Shown: piece by piece, positions 25,418-35,752 of the stretch
How positions within the stretch are numbered: the stretch's first letter is position 1
How the letters are laid out: the number at the start of each line of letters is the position of its first letter
DNA from: Escherichia phage Killian
Reading direction: 5' to 3' (one strand)
Length of the DNA stretch: 64,000 nucleotides
Sequence record: OQ446694.1
Notes under the pieces: generated by a model
The model's database searches: none
Seen by the model: the letters and a program-made list of their open reading frames with translations, nothing else
Told to the model about the DNA's origin: nothing
Position numbers and translations under genes: made by a program

Positions 25418-27186
25418 AAAAGCCACAAGAAATGCAAACGATGCGTAGAAAAGTTATTTCAGATAATAAACCAGTTCAGGAAGCGGCTAAATCCGCTTCT
25501 AACACTTTATCTGGGCTTAATGACATTTCTACAAAATTGGATGATGCTCAAGCTGCTTCTGAATTAATAGCTCAAACCGTTGAAGAAAAATCGAATGAAA
25601 TAATTGGAGCAATTGACAATGTAGAAAGCGCAGTGAGTGATACTACTGCTGGTTCTGAGTTAATTGCTGAAACTGTAGAAATTGGCAACAATATTAATAA
25701 AGAAATCGGTGAATCACTCGGAAGTAAATTAGATAAATTAACGAGTTTACTAGAACAAAAAATTCAAACAGCTGGAATTCAACAGACAGGAACCAGCTTA
25801 GCTGTAGTCGAAAGTGCTATTCCCGTTAAAGTTGTCGAGGATGATACAGCTGAATTTGTTGGTCCATTATTACCAGCTCCTGAAGCAGTTAATAATGATC
25901 CTGACGCTGATTTTTTCCCTGCCCCTCAACCAGTTGAACCTAAGCGAGAGTCACCGGAAGAAAAACAGAAAAAAGAAGCATTTAATTTAAAATTATCTCA
26001 AGCTTTAGATAAATTAACAAAGACTGTTGATTTTGGATTTAAAAAATCCATTTCAATTACTGATAAAATATCAAGCATGCTATTTAAGTATACTGTCAGT
26101 GCTGCTATTGAAGCTGCTAAAATGGTTGCATTAATAATGGCTGTTGTTATTGGAATAGACCTACTGATGGTTCATTTTAAATATTGGTCAGATAAATTTT
26201 CAAAAGCCTGGGATTTGTTTAGCACTGATTTTAAAACTTTTTCAAGCGAAACCGGAACTTGGGGTCCTTTATTACAGAGCATCTTTGAATCTATTGATGA
26301 AATTAAAAAGTTCTGGGAAGCGGGAGATTGGGGCGGTTTGACGGTAGCTATTGTAGAAGGGCTTGGAAAGGTTCTTTATAATTTAGGAGAACTTATTCAG
26401 CTTGGAATGGCTAAATTATCAGCAGCAATTCTTCGAGTTATTCCTGGTATGAAAGATACTGCTGACGAAGTAGAAGGAAGAGCACTAGAAAATTTCCAAA
26501 ATTCTACTGGAGCATCTCTCAATAAAGAAGACCAGGAAAAAGTTGCAAATTATCAAGATAAACGAATGAACGGAGACCTTGGTCCGATAGCAAAAGGATT
26601 AGATAAAATTGCTAATTGGAAAACTCGTGCATCTAACTGGATTCGTGGCGTTGATAATAAAGAAGCACTAACTACCGATGAAGAACGCGCAGCAGAAGAA
26701 GAAAAATTAAAGCAACTTTCACCTGAAGAAAGAAAAAATGCTTTAATGAAGGCTAATGAAGCGCGCGCCGCGATGATTCGCTTTGAAAAATATGCTGATT
26801 CGGCTGATATGAGTAAAGACTCAACAGTTAAATCAGTTGAAGCTGCCTATGAAGACCTTAAAAAACGGATGGATGACCCGGATTTAAATAATTCACCGGC
26901 AGTTAAAAAAGAACTTGCTGCTAGATTTTCTAAAATTGATGCTACTTATCAAGAGCTCAAGAAAAATCAGCCTAATGCCAAACCTGAAACTTCTGCTAAA
27001 TCGCCAGAAGCAAAACAAGTCCAGGTAATAGAAAAGAACAAAGCACAGCAAGCTCCTGTTCAACAAGCATCTCCTTCAATCAATAATACTAATAATGTTA
27101 TTAAGAAAAATACTGTCGTTCATAATATGACACCCGTAACGAGCACAACTGCTCCTGGTGTATTTGGCGCGACTGGAGTTAATTAA
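25414..27186 (+). CDS. 29: Baseplate hub / tail length tape-measure protein gp29
   Basis: 590 aa, same as T4 gp29; low-complexity A/E/K-rich. Confidence 0.9.
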   Translation: MKKPQEMQTMRRKVISDNKPVQEAAKSASNTLSGLNDISTKLDDAQAASELIAQTVEEKSNEIIGAIDNVESAVSDTTAGSELIAETVEIGNNINKEIGESLGSKLDKLTSLLEQKIQTAGIQQTGTSLAVVESAIPVKVVEDDTAEFVGPLLPAPEAVNNDPDADFFPAPQPVEPKRESPEEKQKKEAFNLKLSQALDKLTKTVDFGFKKSISITDKISSMLFKYTVSAAIEAAKMVALIMAVVIGIDLLMVHFKYWSDKFSKAWDLFSTDFKTFSSETGTWGPLLQSIFESIDEIKKFWEAGDWGGLTVAIVEGLGKVLYNLGELIQLGMAKLSAAILRVIPGMKDTADEVEGRALENFQNSTGASLNKEDQEKVANYQDKRMNGDLGPIAKGLDKIANWKTRASNWIRGVDNKEALTTDEERAAEEEKLKQLSPEERKNALMKANEARAAMIRFEKYADSADMSKDSTVKSVEAAYEDLKKRMDDPDLNNSPAVKKELAARFSKIDATYQELKKNQPNAKPETSAKSPEAKQVQVIEKNKAQQAPVQQASPSINNTNNVIKKNTVVHNMTPVTSTTAPGVFGATGVN

Positions 27187-27194
27187 GGAATAAT

Positions 27195-28289
27195 ATGGCA
27201 ATTGTTAAAGAAATAACTGCTGATTTAATTAAAAAGTCCGGTGAGAAAATTTCAGCCGGACAGAGTACTAAATCAGAAGTAGGAACTAAAACATACACAG
27301 CCCAGTTTCCAACTGGGCGTGCTAGTGGTAATGACACTACAGGGGACTTCCAGGTAACAGATCTATATAAGAATGGATTATTATTTACTGCATACAATAT
27401 GTCATCTAGGGATTCTGGAAGTCTTAGATCGATGAGATCTAACTACTCTTCTTCATCTTCGAGTATTTTAAGTACAGCTAGAAACACTATTAGTAGTACA
27501 GTATCAAAACTATCAAATGGATTAATATCAAACAATAATTCAGGAACAATAAGTAAAGCTCCTGTCGCAAACATTCTTTTACCGAGATCTAAATCTGATG
27601 TTGATACATCATCACATAGATTTAATGATGTTCAAGAAAGTCTTATCAGCAGAGGCGGAGGTACTGCTACTGGTGTGTTAAGTAATATTGCTTCAACTGC
27701 AGTATTTGGGGCACTGGAAAGTATAACACAAGGTATAATGGCTGATAATAATGAACAGATTTATACGACAGCCAGAAGTATGTATGGCGGTGCTGAGAAT
27801 AGAACTAAAGTGTTTACATGGGATTTGACGCCACGTTCAACAGAAGATTTGATGGCTATTATTAATATCTATCAATATTTTAACTATTTTTCTTATGGTG
27901 AAACGGGCAAATCTCAATATGCTGCTGAAATAAAGGGGTATTTAGATGATTGGTATCGTTCTACGTTAATTGAACCTTTATCTCCGGAAGACGCAGCTAA
28001 AAATAAAACACTATTTGAGAAAATGACATCGAGTTTAACTAACGTTCTAGTAGTTTCAAACCCGACAATTTGGATGGTGAAAAACTTTGGTGCAACATCT
28101 AAGTTTGATGGAAAAACGGAAATATTTGGCCCATGCCAAATACAAAGCATCAGATTTGATAAAACACCTAATGGTAACTTTAACGGATTAGCTATTGCTC
28201 CAAACCTCCCTAGTACATTTACTCTCGAGATTACTATGAGAGAAATTATCACGTTAAACCGTGCTTCTTTATATGCGGGGACTTTTTAA
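27195..28289 (+). CDS. 48: Baseplate tail-tube cap gp48
   Basis: 364 aa; synteny. Confidence 0.9.
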   Translation: MAIVKEITADLIKKSGEKISAGQSTKSEVGTKTYTAQFPTGRASGNDTTGDFQVTDLYKNGLLFTAYNMSSRDSGSLRSMRSNYSSSSSSILSTARNTISSTVSKLSNGLISNNNSGTISKAPVANILLPRSKSDVDTSSHRFNDVQESLISRGGGTATGVLSNIASTAVFGALESITQGIMADNNEQIYTTARSMYGGAENRTKVFTWDLTPRSTEDLMAIINIYQYFNYFSYGETGKSQYAAEIKGYLDDWYRSTLIEPLSPEDAAKNKTLFEKMTSSLTNVLVVSNPTIWMVKNFGATSKFDGKTEIFGPCQIQSIRFDKTPNGNFNGLAIAPNLPSTFTLEITMREIITLNRASLYAGTF

Positions 28290-29254
28290 TGTATTCTTTA
28301 GAGGAATTTAATAATCAAGCAATAAACGCAGATTTTCAACGTAATAATATGTTTAGCTGCGTTTTTGCGACAACTCCATCAACTAAAAGCTCTTCGTTGA
28401 TAAGTTCAATTAGCAACTTTTCTTATAATAATTTGGGTCTAAATTCAGACTGGTTAGGATTGTCTCAAGGCGATATTAATCAGGGAATTACCACGCTAAT
28501 TACTGCTGGCACACAAAAACTGATAAGAAAATCAGGGGTTAGTAAATATCTTATTGGTGCCATGAGTCAACGTACAGTTCAAAGTTTATTGGGCTCATTT
28601 ACAGTTGGTACATATTTAATTGACTTCTTTAACATGGCATATAACTCGTCTGGATTGATGATATATTCTGTAAAAATGCCAGAGAATAGATTATCCTATG
28701 AAACTGACTGGAACTATAACTCTCCTAATATTCGTATAACTGGGAGAGAATTAGACCCTTTGGTTATTTCATTTAGAATGGATTCAGAAGCTTGTAACTA
28801 TCGTGCAATGCAAGACTGGGTTAACGCTGTTCAAGACCCAGTAACTGGACTGCGTGCTTTGCCACAAGATGTCGAGGCAGATATTCAGGTTAATCTTCAT
28901 GCTCGTAATGGATTACCTCATACTGCAGTGATGTTCACCGGATGCATTCCAGTGTCAGTGAGCGCTCCTGAGTTATCATATGATGGAGATAACCAAATAA
29001 CTACATTTGATGTTACTTTTGCGTATAGAGTCATGCAGGCTGGAGCAGTTGATAGACAAGCTGCCCTTGAATGGCTTGAATCTGCTGCTATAAACGGTAT
29101 TCAAAGCGTTCTCGGAAATAGTGGAGGTGTCACTGGATTATCTAATTCGCTTTCACGACTTAGTAGATTAGGGGGAACTGCTGGAAGCATTTCAAACATT
29201 AATACTATGACGGGAATTATCAACTCGCAAAGTAAAATATTAGGAGCAATATAA
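28289..29254 (+). CDS. 54: Baseplate tail-tube initiator gp54
   Basis: 321 aa; synteny. Confidence 0.9.
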   Translation: MYSLEEFNNQAINADFQRNNMFSCVFATTPSTKSSSLISSISNFSYNNLGLNSDWLGLSQGDINQGITTLITAGTQKLIRKSGVSKYLIGAMSQRTVQSLLGSFTVGTYLIDFFNMAYNSSGLMIYSVKMPENRLSYETDWNYNSPNIRITGRELDPLVISFRMDSEACNYRAMQDWVNAVQDPVTGLRALPQDVEADIQVNLHARNGLPHTAVMFTGCIPVSVSAPELSYDGDNQITTFDVTFAYRVMQAGAVDRQAALEWLESAAINGIQSVLGNSGGVTGLSNSLSRLSRLGGTAGSISNINTMTGIINSQSKILGAI

Positions 29255-29256
29255 CA

Positions 29257-29288
29257 ATGGGGACCTTTCGGTCCCCATGTTTTTATTT
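29257..29288. terminator. Bidirectional terminator GGGGACC-TTTC-GGTCCCC between 54 (+) and the alt operon (-)
   Basis: 7-bp GC stem followed by TTTTTATTT; convergent genes on both sides. Confidence 0.65.
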
Positions 29289-29573
29289 ACGGAATGAAAT
29301 AAAAGCAGCAACTGAAGCAACTAAACTGTCTTCAATATAAACTTCAATTTTTACCGGAGCTTCTGATTCAAATTTACCTGTTACTACACCCTGGAAAATG
29401 CTTTCAGTCTGTTCTGGCTTTGAAAAATTTTCAGAAGGAAAAATTCCGAACTTTTTATCTGTTCCAAAAATTTTGATAAATTCATCATAAACTGCTTCAT
29501 TAAAAGCGTTATCAGCAGGAATAACGCCTTCAACTACAAGTTCTTGACCTAAAAAGCGTAAAGAAGATTTCAT
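29283..29573 (-). CDS. Hypothetical protein downstream of the alt paralogs
   Basis: 96-aa ORF; no recognised motif. Confidence 0.55.
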   Translation of the reverse strand: MKSSLRFLGQELVVEGVIPADNAFNEAVYDEFIKIFGTDKKFGIFPSENFSKPEQTESIFQGVVTGKFESEAPVKIEVYIEDSLVASVAAFISFRK

Positions 29574-29633
29574 TTTGTGTTCCTCATGTTATGTCAGTAA
29601 GATTATTATAACACAGCACGAGGGACTTGTAAA

Positions 29634-31691
29634 CTACATCTTGAACTTTTTAGACATTCCGTTGATGTTAACCAAAGAAGCCAAGATTTGAGAAACTTCG
29701 TTTTCCTCTTCTTTTGATTCTTCTACAAGGAATTGATTAAATCCAGCCATTGGACGAACTTCACCAGTTTCCATCAGATGATCGCCATCATATACCGATT
29801 CTTCTAATTGTTCAGAAGGAGGAACGATTGTACCTTCGATTAAATACTTGTTATAAGCAGTTTCTTTCATCATGTACGTGCTCACTTTATTAATCTTCAG
29901 CAAAATTCCACGTGGTAAAATAACTTCAGCTTCTGACGGAAATCCTGATAAATGACCCGGAACGATAACTTTGATTCGCTCAGCTCCTTTTATTACCATA
30001 CCTACGCTAGTTTCAGCATCTTCATTCGCATAAGCAGAGTGACTGCCCATATGCATCAAATCTTCTGCGTCAACAGAACCTTCTCCTTCACCAGAAAATA
30101 CTGCACTGGAATCATCTAGAGCCATATAGTTTTTACCATACTCACCGAAGATATTTGGTTTAAGCGATGTGGATACGAAGTTCTTAAAATAGAACATTTT
30201 ATTTTCAATATTATGACGTAAAGTTTTAAAGGTAACTTCTTGGCCACGGTAAAGCGTAGTTCCTGGAGGAAGAACTGATCCTTTGGCAAAAGCAGAATCC
30301 ATCGTCTCGATGTGTTTAATAGCTCGTTCCATATATTCTTCACGAGTAGAATCCGGTTTACCTAAAAGGAACGAGTTCATTTCAACATATGAATCCGCGC
30401 AATAATCTTCAATTACATCAGACTCAGCCTGAGTTAATCCTTTTGGGGGTACTTCAGTACTTGCATATTCATACGCTTGAGAAGCAGACTCATTAATCAA
30501 TTTATAAATGCCATTCATGACAAATTGAACAATAGCTACCTTTTCGTCTGGCGTGGCTTTAGAACCTTTAACTAAATCATTGATAATTTTCTTAATAACA
30601 TCAAAGCTATTAGAAATATTAATGTCAGCGAGATCGCTCAAAATTTTATCGGTTTTATAATCAAAGAATTCTTTATTCTTTAAATATTCTTGAGAACCTT
30701 GATATGTTATATCGCTCTGCAGTCTGATAGACGGATCACGTAAACGTGCATGGGCCAATGCAATATGATTTCGGAAGCTTTCTAGTTCATAATCGTTAGA
30801 TTTAAAACGAGAAGCACTTCTCATACCACCGATAGCTCCTTTGCTGAAGTTTGAACCAATCTGAATAACGCCAGAGTTCATTGGTCCTTCTGCTTTATAT
30901 ACCGGAACTTTAGATTCAAACTCTTGATATTTCTTGGCAGCGAAGCTATCACCCTGTAGCGAAGCATCGACAGTAGAATATTGAGCTTGTGCTGCTAATC
31001 GACGACTAATTTTAGTTTTCTGAATAACAGCTTGATCCGTGCGCTTATCATTTTCTAAAGCAATAGAAGCAGCAACAGCAACAGCTTTAGGAACAGCATT
31101 ACCTGTTTTAACATCTACATAAACATCACCAACCTTTGATTCAACTTTTGTGAATAACTCAGTTGAAATAGGAGGTACACCTGGAATGTCTTCTAAATTG
31201 GCATTTTTACGGTAAACCATAATATATGCATACTTTTTATCATAGTCCCAGATTTCCTTTAAAAGAACATATCGACCTGCTCCTTTAGTACGTACTAAAC
31301 GGTCAGCAATAACTTGCATTTGACGAGCAGCGCCATTTGTTTTACTTTTTAGTACGCGGAATAGGCATGCGTCAATTTTATACTGTTTCATTGTTTGAAG
31401 AGCAGTATCAAAAACCGCATTAATGACACCAATTGGATTTCCACCCAAGTTTTTAAGTTTAACTAATGATAGTTTCTCATTGACACCTATCATTACGATA
31501 TGCATCATTTTATCGCCTGGCTTAACGTTTTTATTTGTATCACCACCGGAGGTGTATGTACAAAATCTAAATCCAGGAAGCACGCTTTCTTCACCGGCTT
31601 GAATAGCAAAAATTTGAGGTATTTTATGCTTAGGATTTAAGTTAACAACCGGCGCCGAAGCGCCGTCAAATAATTCTGTAATAAGTTCCAT
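29634..31691 (-). CDS. alt: Alt-like ADP-ribosyltransferase, paralog 1 (head-packaged)
   Basis: 685 aa; N-terminal MELITELFD propeptide-like; C-terminal R-S-E ART motifs YRGQ, FVSTSL, EAEVILPRG. Confidence 0.85.
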   Translation of the reverse strand: MELITELFDGASAPVVNLNPKHKIPQIFAIQAGEESVLPGFRFCTYTSGGDTNKNVKPGDKMMHIVMIGVNEKLSLVKLKNLGGNPIGVINAVFDTALQTMKQYKIDACLFRVLKSKTNGAARQMQVIADRLVRTKGAGRYVLLKEIWDYDKKYAYIMVYRKNANLEDIPGVPPISTELFTKVESKVGDVYVDVKTGNAVPKAVAVAASIALENDKRTDQAVIQKTKISRRLAAQAQYSTVDASLQGDSFAAKKYQEFESKVPVYKAEGPMNSGVIQIGSNFSKGAIGGMRSASRFKSNDYELESFRNHIALAHARLRDPSIRLQSDITYQGSQEYLKNKEFFDYKTDKILSDLADINISNSFDVIKKIINDLVKGSKATPDEKVAIVQFVMNGIYKLINESASQAYEYASTEVPPKGLTQAESDVIEDYCADSYVEMNSFLLGKPDSTREEYMERAIKHIETMDSAFAKGSVLPPGTTLYRGQEVTFKTLRHNIENKMFYFKNFVSTSLKPNIFGEYGKNYMALDDSSAVFSGEGEGSVDAEDLMHMGSHSAYANEDAETSVGMVIKGAERIKVIVPGHLSGFPSEAEVILPRGILLKINKVSTYMMKETAYNKYLIEGTIVPPSEQLEESVYDGDHLMETGEVRPMAGFNQFLVEESKEEENEVSQILASLVNINGMSKKFKM

Positions 31692-31694
31692 GAT

Positions 31695-33791
31695 TTATCC
31701 TTGAATGAACTTGTAAGGCATGTTTGCAATATCTATGCAAGATGCAATAATTCCAAGAGATGATTCTACTTTTTGTTTAACATTTGATGAAACAAATGAT
31801 GCAAAGTCAACTCTGTCTTCTATTTCAATATCACCTGCCATTGCAACTACTTCACCAGTTTCCATTAGACGGTCACCGTCATAAATTACTGATTCAGTGA
31901 GTTCTTCCGTAGTCATAACTTCAGCTTGAATGAGTTTTGTATTATTAGATGTTGTTCCGTCATTATTAGAAGCATCAGTTATTTTATTAACTTTGACCAT
32001 CAATCCGCGTGGTAGAATAACTTCAGCTTCTGTTGCTATTCCGAGGCTTCCTGGATATACAACATTAACTTTATGAGCTCCATCAATTGCCCATCCTATT
32101 TGAACTTTAACGTATTCGGGATTTTCTTTATACGCTCTTATTTCGTTTGAATTAATAGTTATTCCTTCTTCATTTTTATCAACTGTCAATTCATTACGAG
32201 CTTCTGGTTCTAAAAGACCAATACCAGCATGTGTAATTCCAAAACGTCCAAAAATGATAGGAGTTAAAGAAGTAGATACAAAATTTCTGAAATAGAACAC
32301 TTTATTTTTAACTAGTGCTTCGTATATAGGAGCAGTCATGCTTTGAGCACGATAAACTGTAATGCCTTCTGGTATACGGTCACCATTTTCAAAGGCTGAA
32401 TCTAAATTATTTATCGCAGATTCAATTTCTTTTTCACTCATTACCTCATATCGTTCTGGATTGTAGCGACCTAAAAGAAGATTATTGATGTCAGTATATC
32501 CTGAACCACAATACTCTCTAATGCCGCGCTTTTGTGATGGAGTATATTTAGAACCATCACGAGCAATAGTAATATCAATCATTGGACCTGCACCAATTCC
32601 AGAAAAACTATAAATCATTCTTTTGAGGAATTTAGTTTTTGCTGCGTTCCAGGAATTTTTAGTTATTTCTTCCCAGACTTCATCTGGCTGTCCTTTACGG
32701 GTTTTATTATGTTTATCAAGCCAATTATCTTTATATTCTTCAAATAATTGATTAACAGCTGCTGCGTATTTCTCTAAACATTTTATTGAAGTAGTTGGTT
32801 CATTTTTAATCGCATTAAGAATTACATCTTTAATTTTTTCAGAAACTTCATTAACCTCACTTTTTGAAAAGAATTTATAGTCATAATGAAGTTCATCTGC
32901 AGTTCCTTCAGCAATAATTTTTGCTGCCTTAGTTTTAGAAGCTAATGAATTAATTCCAAGCTTCATTTCTTCCGCTTCGGGAATTAAAGGAGCGGTAGCA
33001 GGTTTATTGAAATTAGCTGCGGTAGATTCATACTTCTGGAATAATTCACTTTCAAATCTAGAAGATTCTAATGACTGACTTTGCGCAATTGCTCTACGGG
33101 AAATTTTAACTTTAACGATTACAGCTTGGTCAGAACGTTTATCATTTTCTTGTGCAATAGATGCTGCAATTGCCTCATTTTTAGTTACTTGAGCTCCAGT
33201 ATCTTTATTGATATAAACATCACCGACTTTCGATTCAACTTTAGTAAAGAGCTCGGTACTAATTTCTGGAACTCCTGGAATGTCTTCTAATGATACATTT
33301 TTGCGATGTATAAGAATATATGCGTACTTTTTATCGTAATCCCAGAGTTCCTTAAGAAGGACGTATCTGCCACCTGAACGACTGCGGATAAGTCTATCAG
33401 CAATAAGTTGAATTTGTCGAGCTTGACCAGCAGTTTTAGACTTAAGAATACGGAGCATGCAGGCATCAATTTTATACTGACGCATCGTTTGCATTGCAAC
33501 TGTAAAAACTGAATTGATATAATTAATTGGGCTTGGACCGAGACCTTTTAATTTAGCAATTGAACCTTTAGCAGTTAATGTAAAAGGAACAATATGCATC
33601 ATTTTATCGCCCATCTTTAAATCGCGATTAGTATCACCTCCAGATGTATAGGTACATAAACGAAAGCCTGGTTGTTCAATTGCGTCATCAACGTGAACTG
33701 AAAAAATTTGCGGTATTTTCTTCTTTGGATTTAAGTTTGTAATCGGAAGAGTAGTATCTTCGTCAAATAATTCTGTAATGAGTTCCATCAT
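31695..33791 (-). CDS. Alt-like ADP-ribosyltransferase, paralog 2
   Basis: 698 aa; same N-terminal MELITELFD and C-terminal motifs YRAQ, FVSTSL, EAEVILPRG; central region divergent from paralog 1; start may be the second Met (33788). Confidence 0.85.
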   Translation of the reverse strand: MMELITELFDEDTTLPITNLNPKKKIPQIFSVHVDDAIEQPGFRLCTYTSGGDTNRDLKMGDKMMHIVPFTLTAKGSIAKLKGLGPSPINYINSVFTVAMQTMRQYKIDACMLRILKSKTAGQARQIQLIADRLIRSRSGGRYVLLKELWDYDKKYAYILIHRKNVSLEDIPGVPEISTELFTKVESKVGDVYINKDTGAQVTKNEAIAASIAQENDKRSDQAVIVKVKISRRAIAQSQSLESSRFESELFQKYESTAANFNKPATAPLIPEAEEMKLGINSLASKTKAAKIIAEGTADELHYDYKFFSKSEVNEVSEKIKDVILNAIKNEPTTSIKCLEKYAAAVNQLFEEYKDNWLDKHNKTRKGQPDEVWEEITKNSWNAAKTKFLKRMIYSFSGIGAGPMIDITIARDGSKYTPSQKRGIREYCGSGYTDINNLLLGRYNPERYEVMSEKEIESAINNLDSAFENGDRIPEGITVYRAQSMTAPIYEALVKNKVFYFRNFVSTSLTPIIFGRFGITHAGIGLLEPEARNELTVDKNEEGITINSNEIRAYKENPEYVKVQIGWAIDGAHKVNVVYPGSLGIATEAEVILPRGLMVKVNKITDASNNDGTTSNNTKLIQAEVMTTEELTESVIYDGDRLMETGEVVAMAGDIEIEDRVDFASFVSSNVKQKVESSLGIIASCIDIANMPYKFIQG

Positions 33792-33811
33792 ATCCTCTCT
33801 AGTGTTTATTC

Positions 33812-33819
33812 TATTTATA
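33812..33819 (-). promoter_or_regulatory. Late promoter TATAAATA (minus strand) upstream of the alt paralog pair
   Basis: Plus-strand TATTTATA, about 20 nt upstream of the ATG at 33791. Confidence 0.5.
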
Positions 33820-33825
33820 AAATTA

Positions 33826-33843
33826 AAGGCCCGAAGGCCTTTA
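33826..33843 (-). terminator. Hairpin AAAGGCC-CGAA-GGCCTTT between the 62-aa ORF and alt
   Basis: Perfect palindromic stem with tetraloop. Confidence 0.4.
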
Positions 33844-34029
33844 ATAATCTATTGGTAAGAGAGTACGATATATTTCAAACTTTGGGCCTTTTTCATAGGC
33901 ATCAAATGTTTCTGTGAATTTATTATAAGCATATGCATCTATAAATTCAATCATAATTTGTGATACAGAAGTAGAAACATCTCCACCTTCTTTTTGAGCC
34001 ACGACAATTGTTTCTAAGTAAGCTTTCAT
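33841..34029 (-). CDS. Hypothetical small protein between ligase and alt
   Basis: 62-aa ORF whose start overlaps the ligase stop. Confidence 0.5.
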   Translation of the reverse strand: MKAYLETIVVAQKEGGDVSTSVSQIMIEFIDAYAYNKFTETFDAYEKGPKFEIYRTLLPIDY

Positions 34030-35486
34030 AGACCAGTTACCTCATGAAAATCACCAAATACATCCTCGAATGTATTAGCTTTAGTTTTATCTTCACGCAA
34101 ACGAATCGCAATCGGAAGAAATAATTTAACGTAATCAGTGCGGCCATCAGATTTTAACCAACCATTACATTCGCACTCTAGAATTTTTCCAATATAATAA
34201 TTTTGGTTTTCCATAATGCGAGTACGGTCAAGTTCATGCGATTTTACACCGGCTTTATCTTTTAAGCCTGAACCAGCATTTACTTTAATTTTTCCACATT
34301 CTGATTCAAGAATAAATCCACCCGCTTTAGTAGGGTCTTTACGGTGAGGATAAATTCCTACAATTTTTAAATCAACATCAATTACTTCTTTAAATTTATA
34401 GAGATTTTTTGAACGAGCATTTTCCCATAATCCATCGATATTTTTGAGAATAATACCTTCAAGACCTTGGTCAATATACTTTTTATAAATTACCTTAGCT
34501 TCATCTAGGTTATTTACTATCTGGTTTTCAATTAAAATTACTTTATCATATCCTGATGTCATTTGTTCTAGTTTAGAAAAACGTACATCATATTTTAAAC
34601 GAAATGCTGGAAGACCGTATATTTCTACCAACGGGACATAATCCCAGACCTGAAACTTCATGCATTTGGCTTCTTTTTCTGAAATAGTTCCCTTTAAAGA
34701 TTTATTGGCGATTCCATTAGAAGCAGTACGCGATTCAGCTACTTCGGAAAACTCTTTAGCTTTACTGATTTCAGGAGCATCAAAAAGAAAATCTAGGCCT
34801 TCTGGCTCCTTTTCAACTTGCTCATGGTATACCAATTCGCCATCAATTAACACGCCTTCTGGATGAATCTGGCGAGCTTCAGCAGTCATTTTGATTAACT
34901 CTTCCTTAAGAAGATCTAATCCTAGATATTCATTACCAGCTCGTGATAAAAGACGAACATCATCTAATTCATCGCCTCGGACTTCAGCAAAACACCGAGC
35001 TCCATCTGCTTTTAACTGTGCAAAAGCTGGAAATTTGATATTCTTACTAATGCCTTTTTCATCATAAGAACTTGCCAGCATTTGAGGTTGTTCAGGAATT
35101 AAACCTGGCCAAACTTTATTTGCGATAGATACTGAAGCACCGCATTCAAGATCTCGCATCATAACTCGACGCAAAACTTCAACATCATCCTTTTTACCAT
35201 CAGTGATATATCCAGTTAATTCCTCAATTGCAGCATTTCCAGTCAATTTCCGAGTAGCTAACGTGAATTCAATGAAGTCAAGCATATCGGTAATAGTCAG
35301 CATTCCAAAACTCTGGGTAGCAATACCAGGTTTAGGCCATTTCTTGATATAATACTGTAACCCACGAGAATAAGTCAGACGATATACTCGTTTAAGCAAT
35401 TCATTATCTTTATTCTTTTCAAGAATTGCTTGCTTCTGCTTAGTTGATCCAATAGATGCTATTTCATTCAGAATTTTAAGAATCAT
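34026..35486 (-). CDS. 30: ATP-dependent DNA ligase gp30
   Basis: 486 aa (T4 ligase 487 aa); adenylation-site lysine motif KADGAR. Confidence 0.95.
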   Translation of the reverse strand: MILKILNEIASIGSTKQKQAILEKNKDNELLKRVYRLTYSRGLQYYIKKWPKPGIATQSFGMLTITDMLDFIEFTLATRKLTGNAAIEELTGYITDGKKDDVEVLRRVMMRDLECGASVSIANKVWPGLIPEQPQMLASSYDEKGISKNIKFPAFAQLKADGARCFAEVRGDELDDVRLLSRAGNEYLGLDLLKEELIKMTAEARQIHPEGVLIDGELVYHEQVEKEPEGLDFLFDAPEISKAKEFSEVAESRTASNGIANKSLKGTISEKEAKCMKFQVWDYVPLVEIYGLPAFRLKYDVRFSKLEQMTSGYDKVILIENQIVNNLDEAKVIYKKYIDQGLEGIILKNIDGLWENARSKNLYKFKEVIDVDLKIVGIYPHRKDPTKAGGFILESECGKIKVNAGSGLKDKAGVKSHELDRTRIMENQNYYIGKILECECNGWLKSDGRTDYVKLFLPIAIRLREDKTKANTFEDVFGDFHEVTGL

Positions 35487-35752
35487 TGCTCATCCTTCAA
35501 GGTTTGGTTTACAGCTCTATTATAAATCAATTCATCATTAAGCTCAGGCAAAGACCTATGATATGTAGTTCTAACTTTATTTCCTTGCATCCAGTGCTTA
35601 ACGTAAATGAAACCTTGCTCTACACATTTTTTAAAAATTCGTTCGTCTTTTTGAGCTCGGAATTTTGGATTACATCTAAAAAATTGATTTACGTGACCGT
35701 AATCACGTGTAGTATTACCTTCATTTTCATAAATAGTGTGAACGACAAACAT
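35483..35752 (-). CDS. Hypothetical protein (30.1 position)
   Basis: 89-aa ORF, start overlaps ligase. Confidence 0.55.
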   Translation of the reverse strand: MFVVHTIYENEGNTTRDYGHVNQFFRCNPKFRAQKDERIFKKCVEQGFIYVKHWMQGNKVRTTYHRSLPELNDELIYNRAVNQTLKDEQ

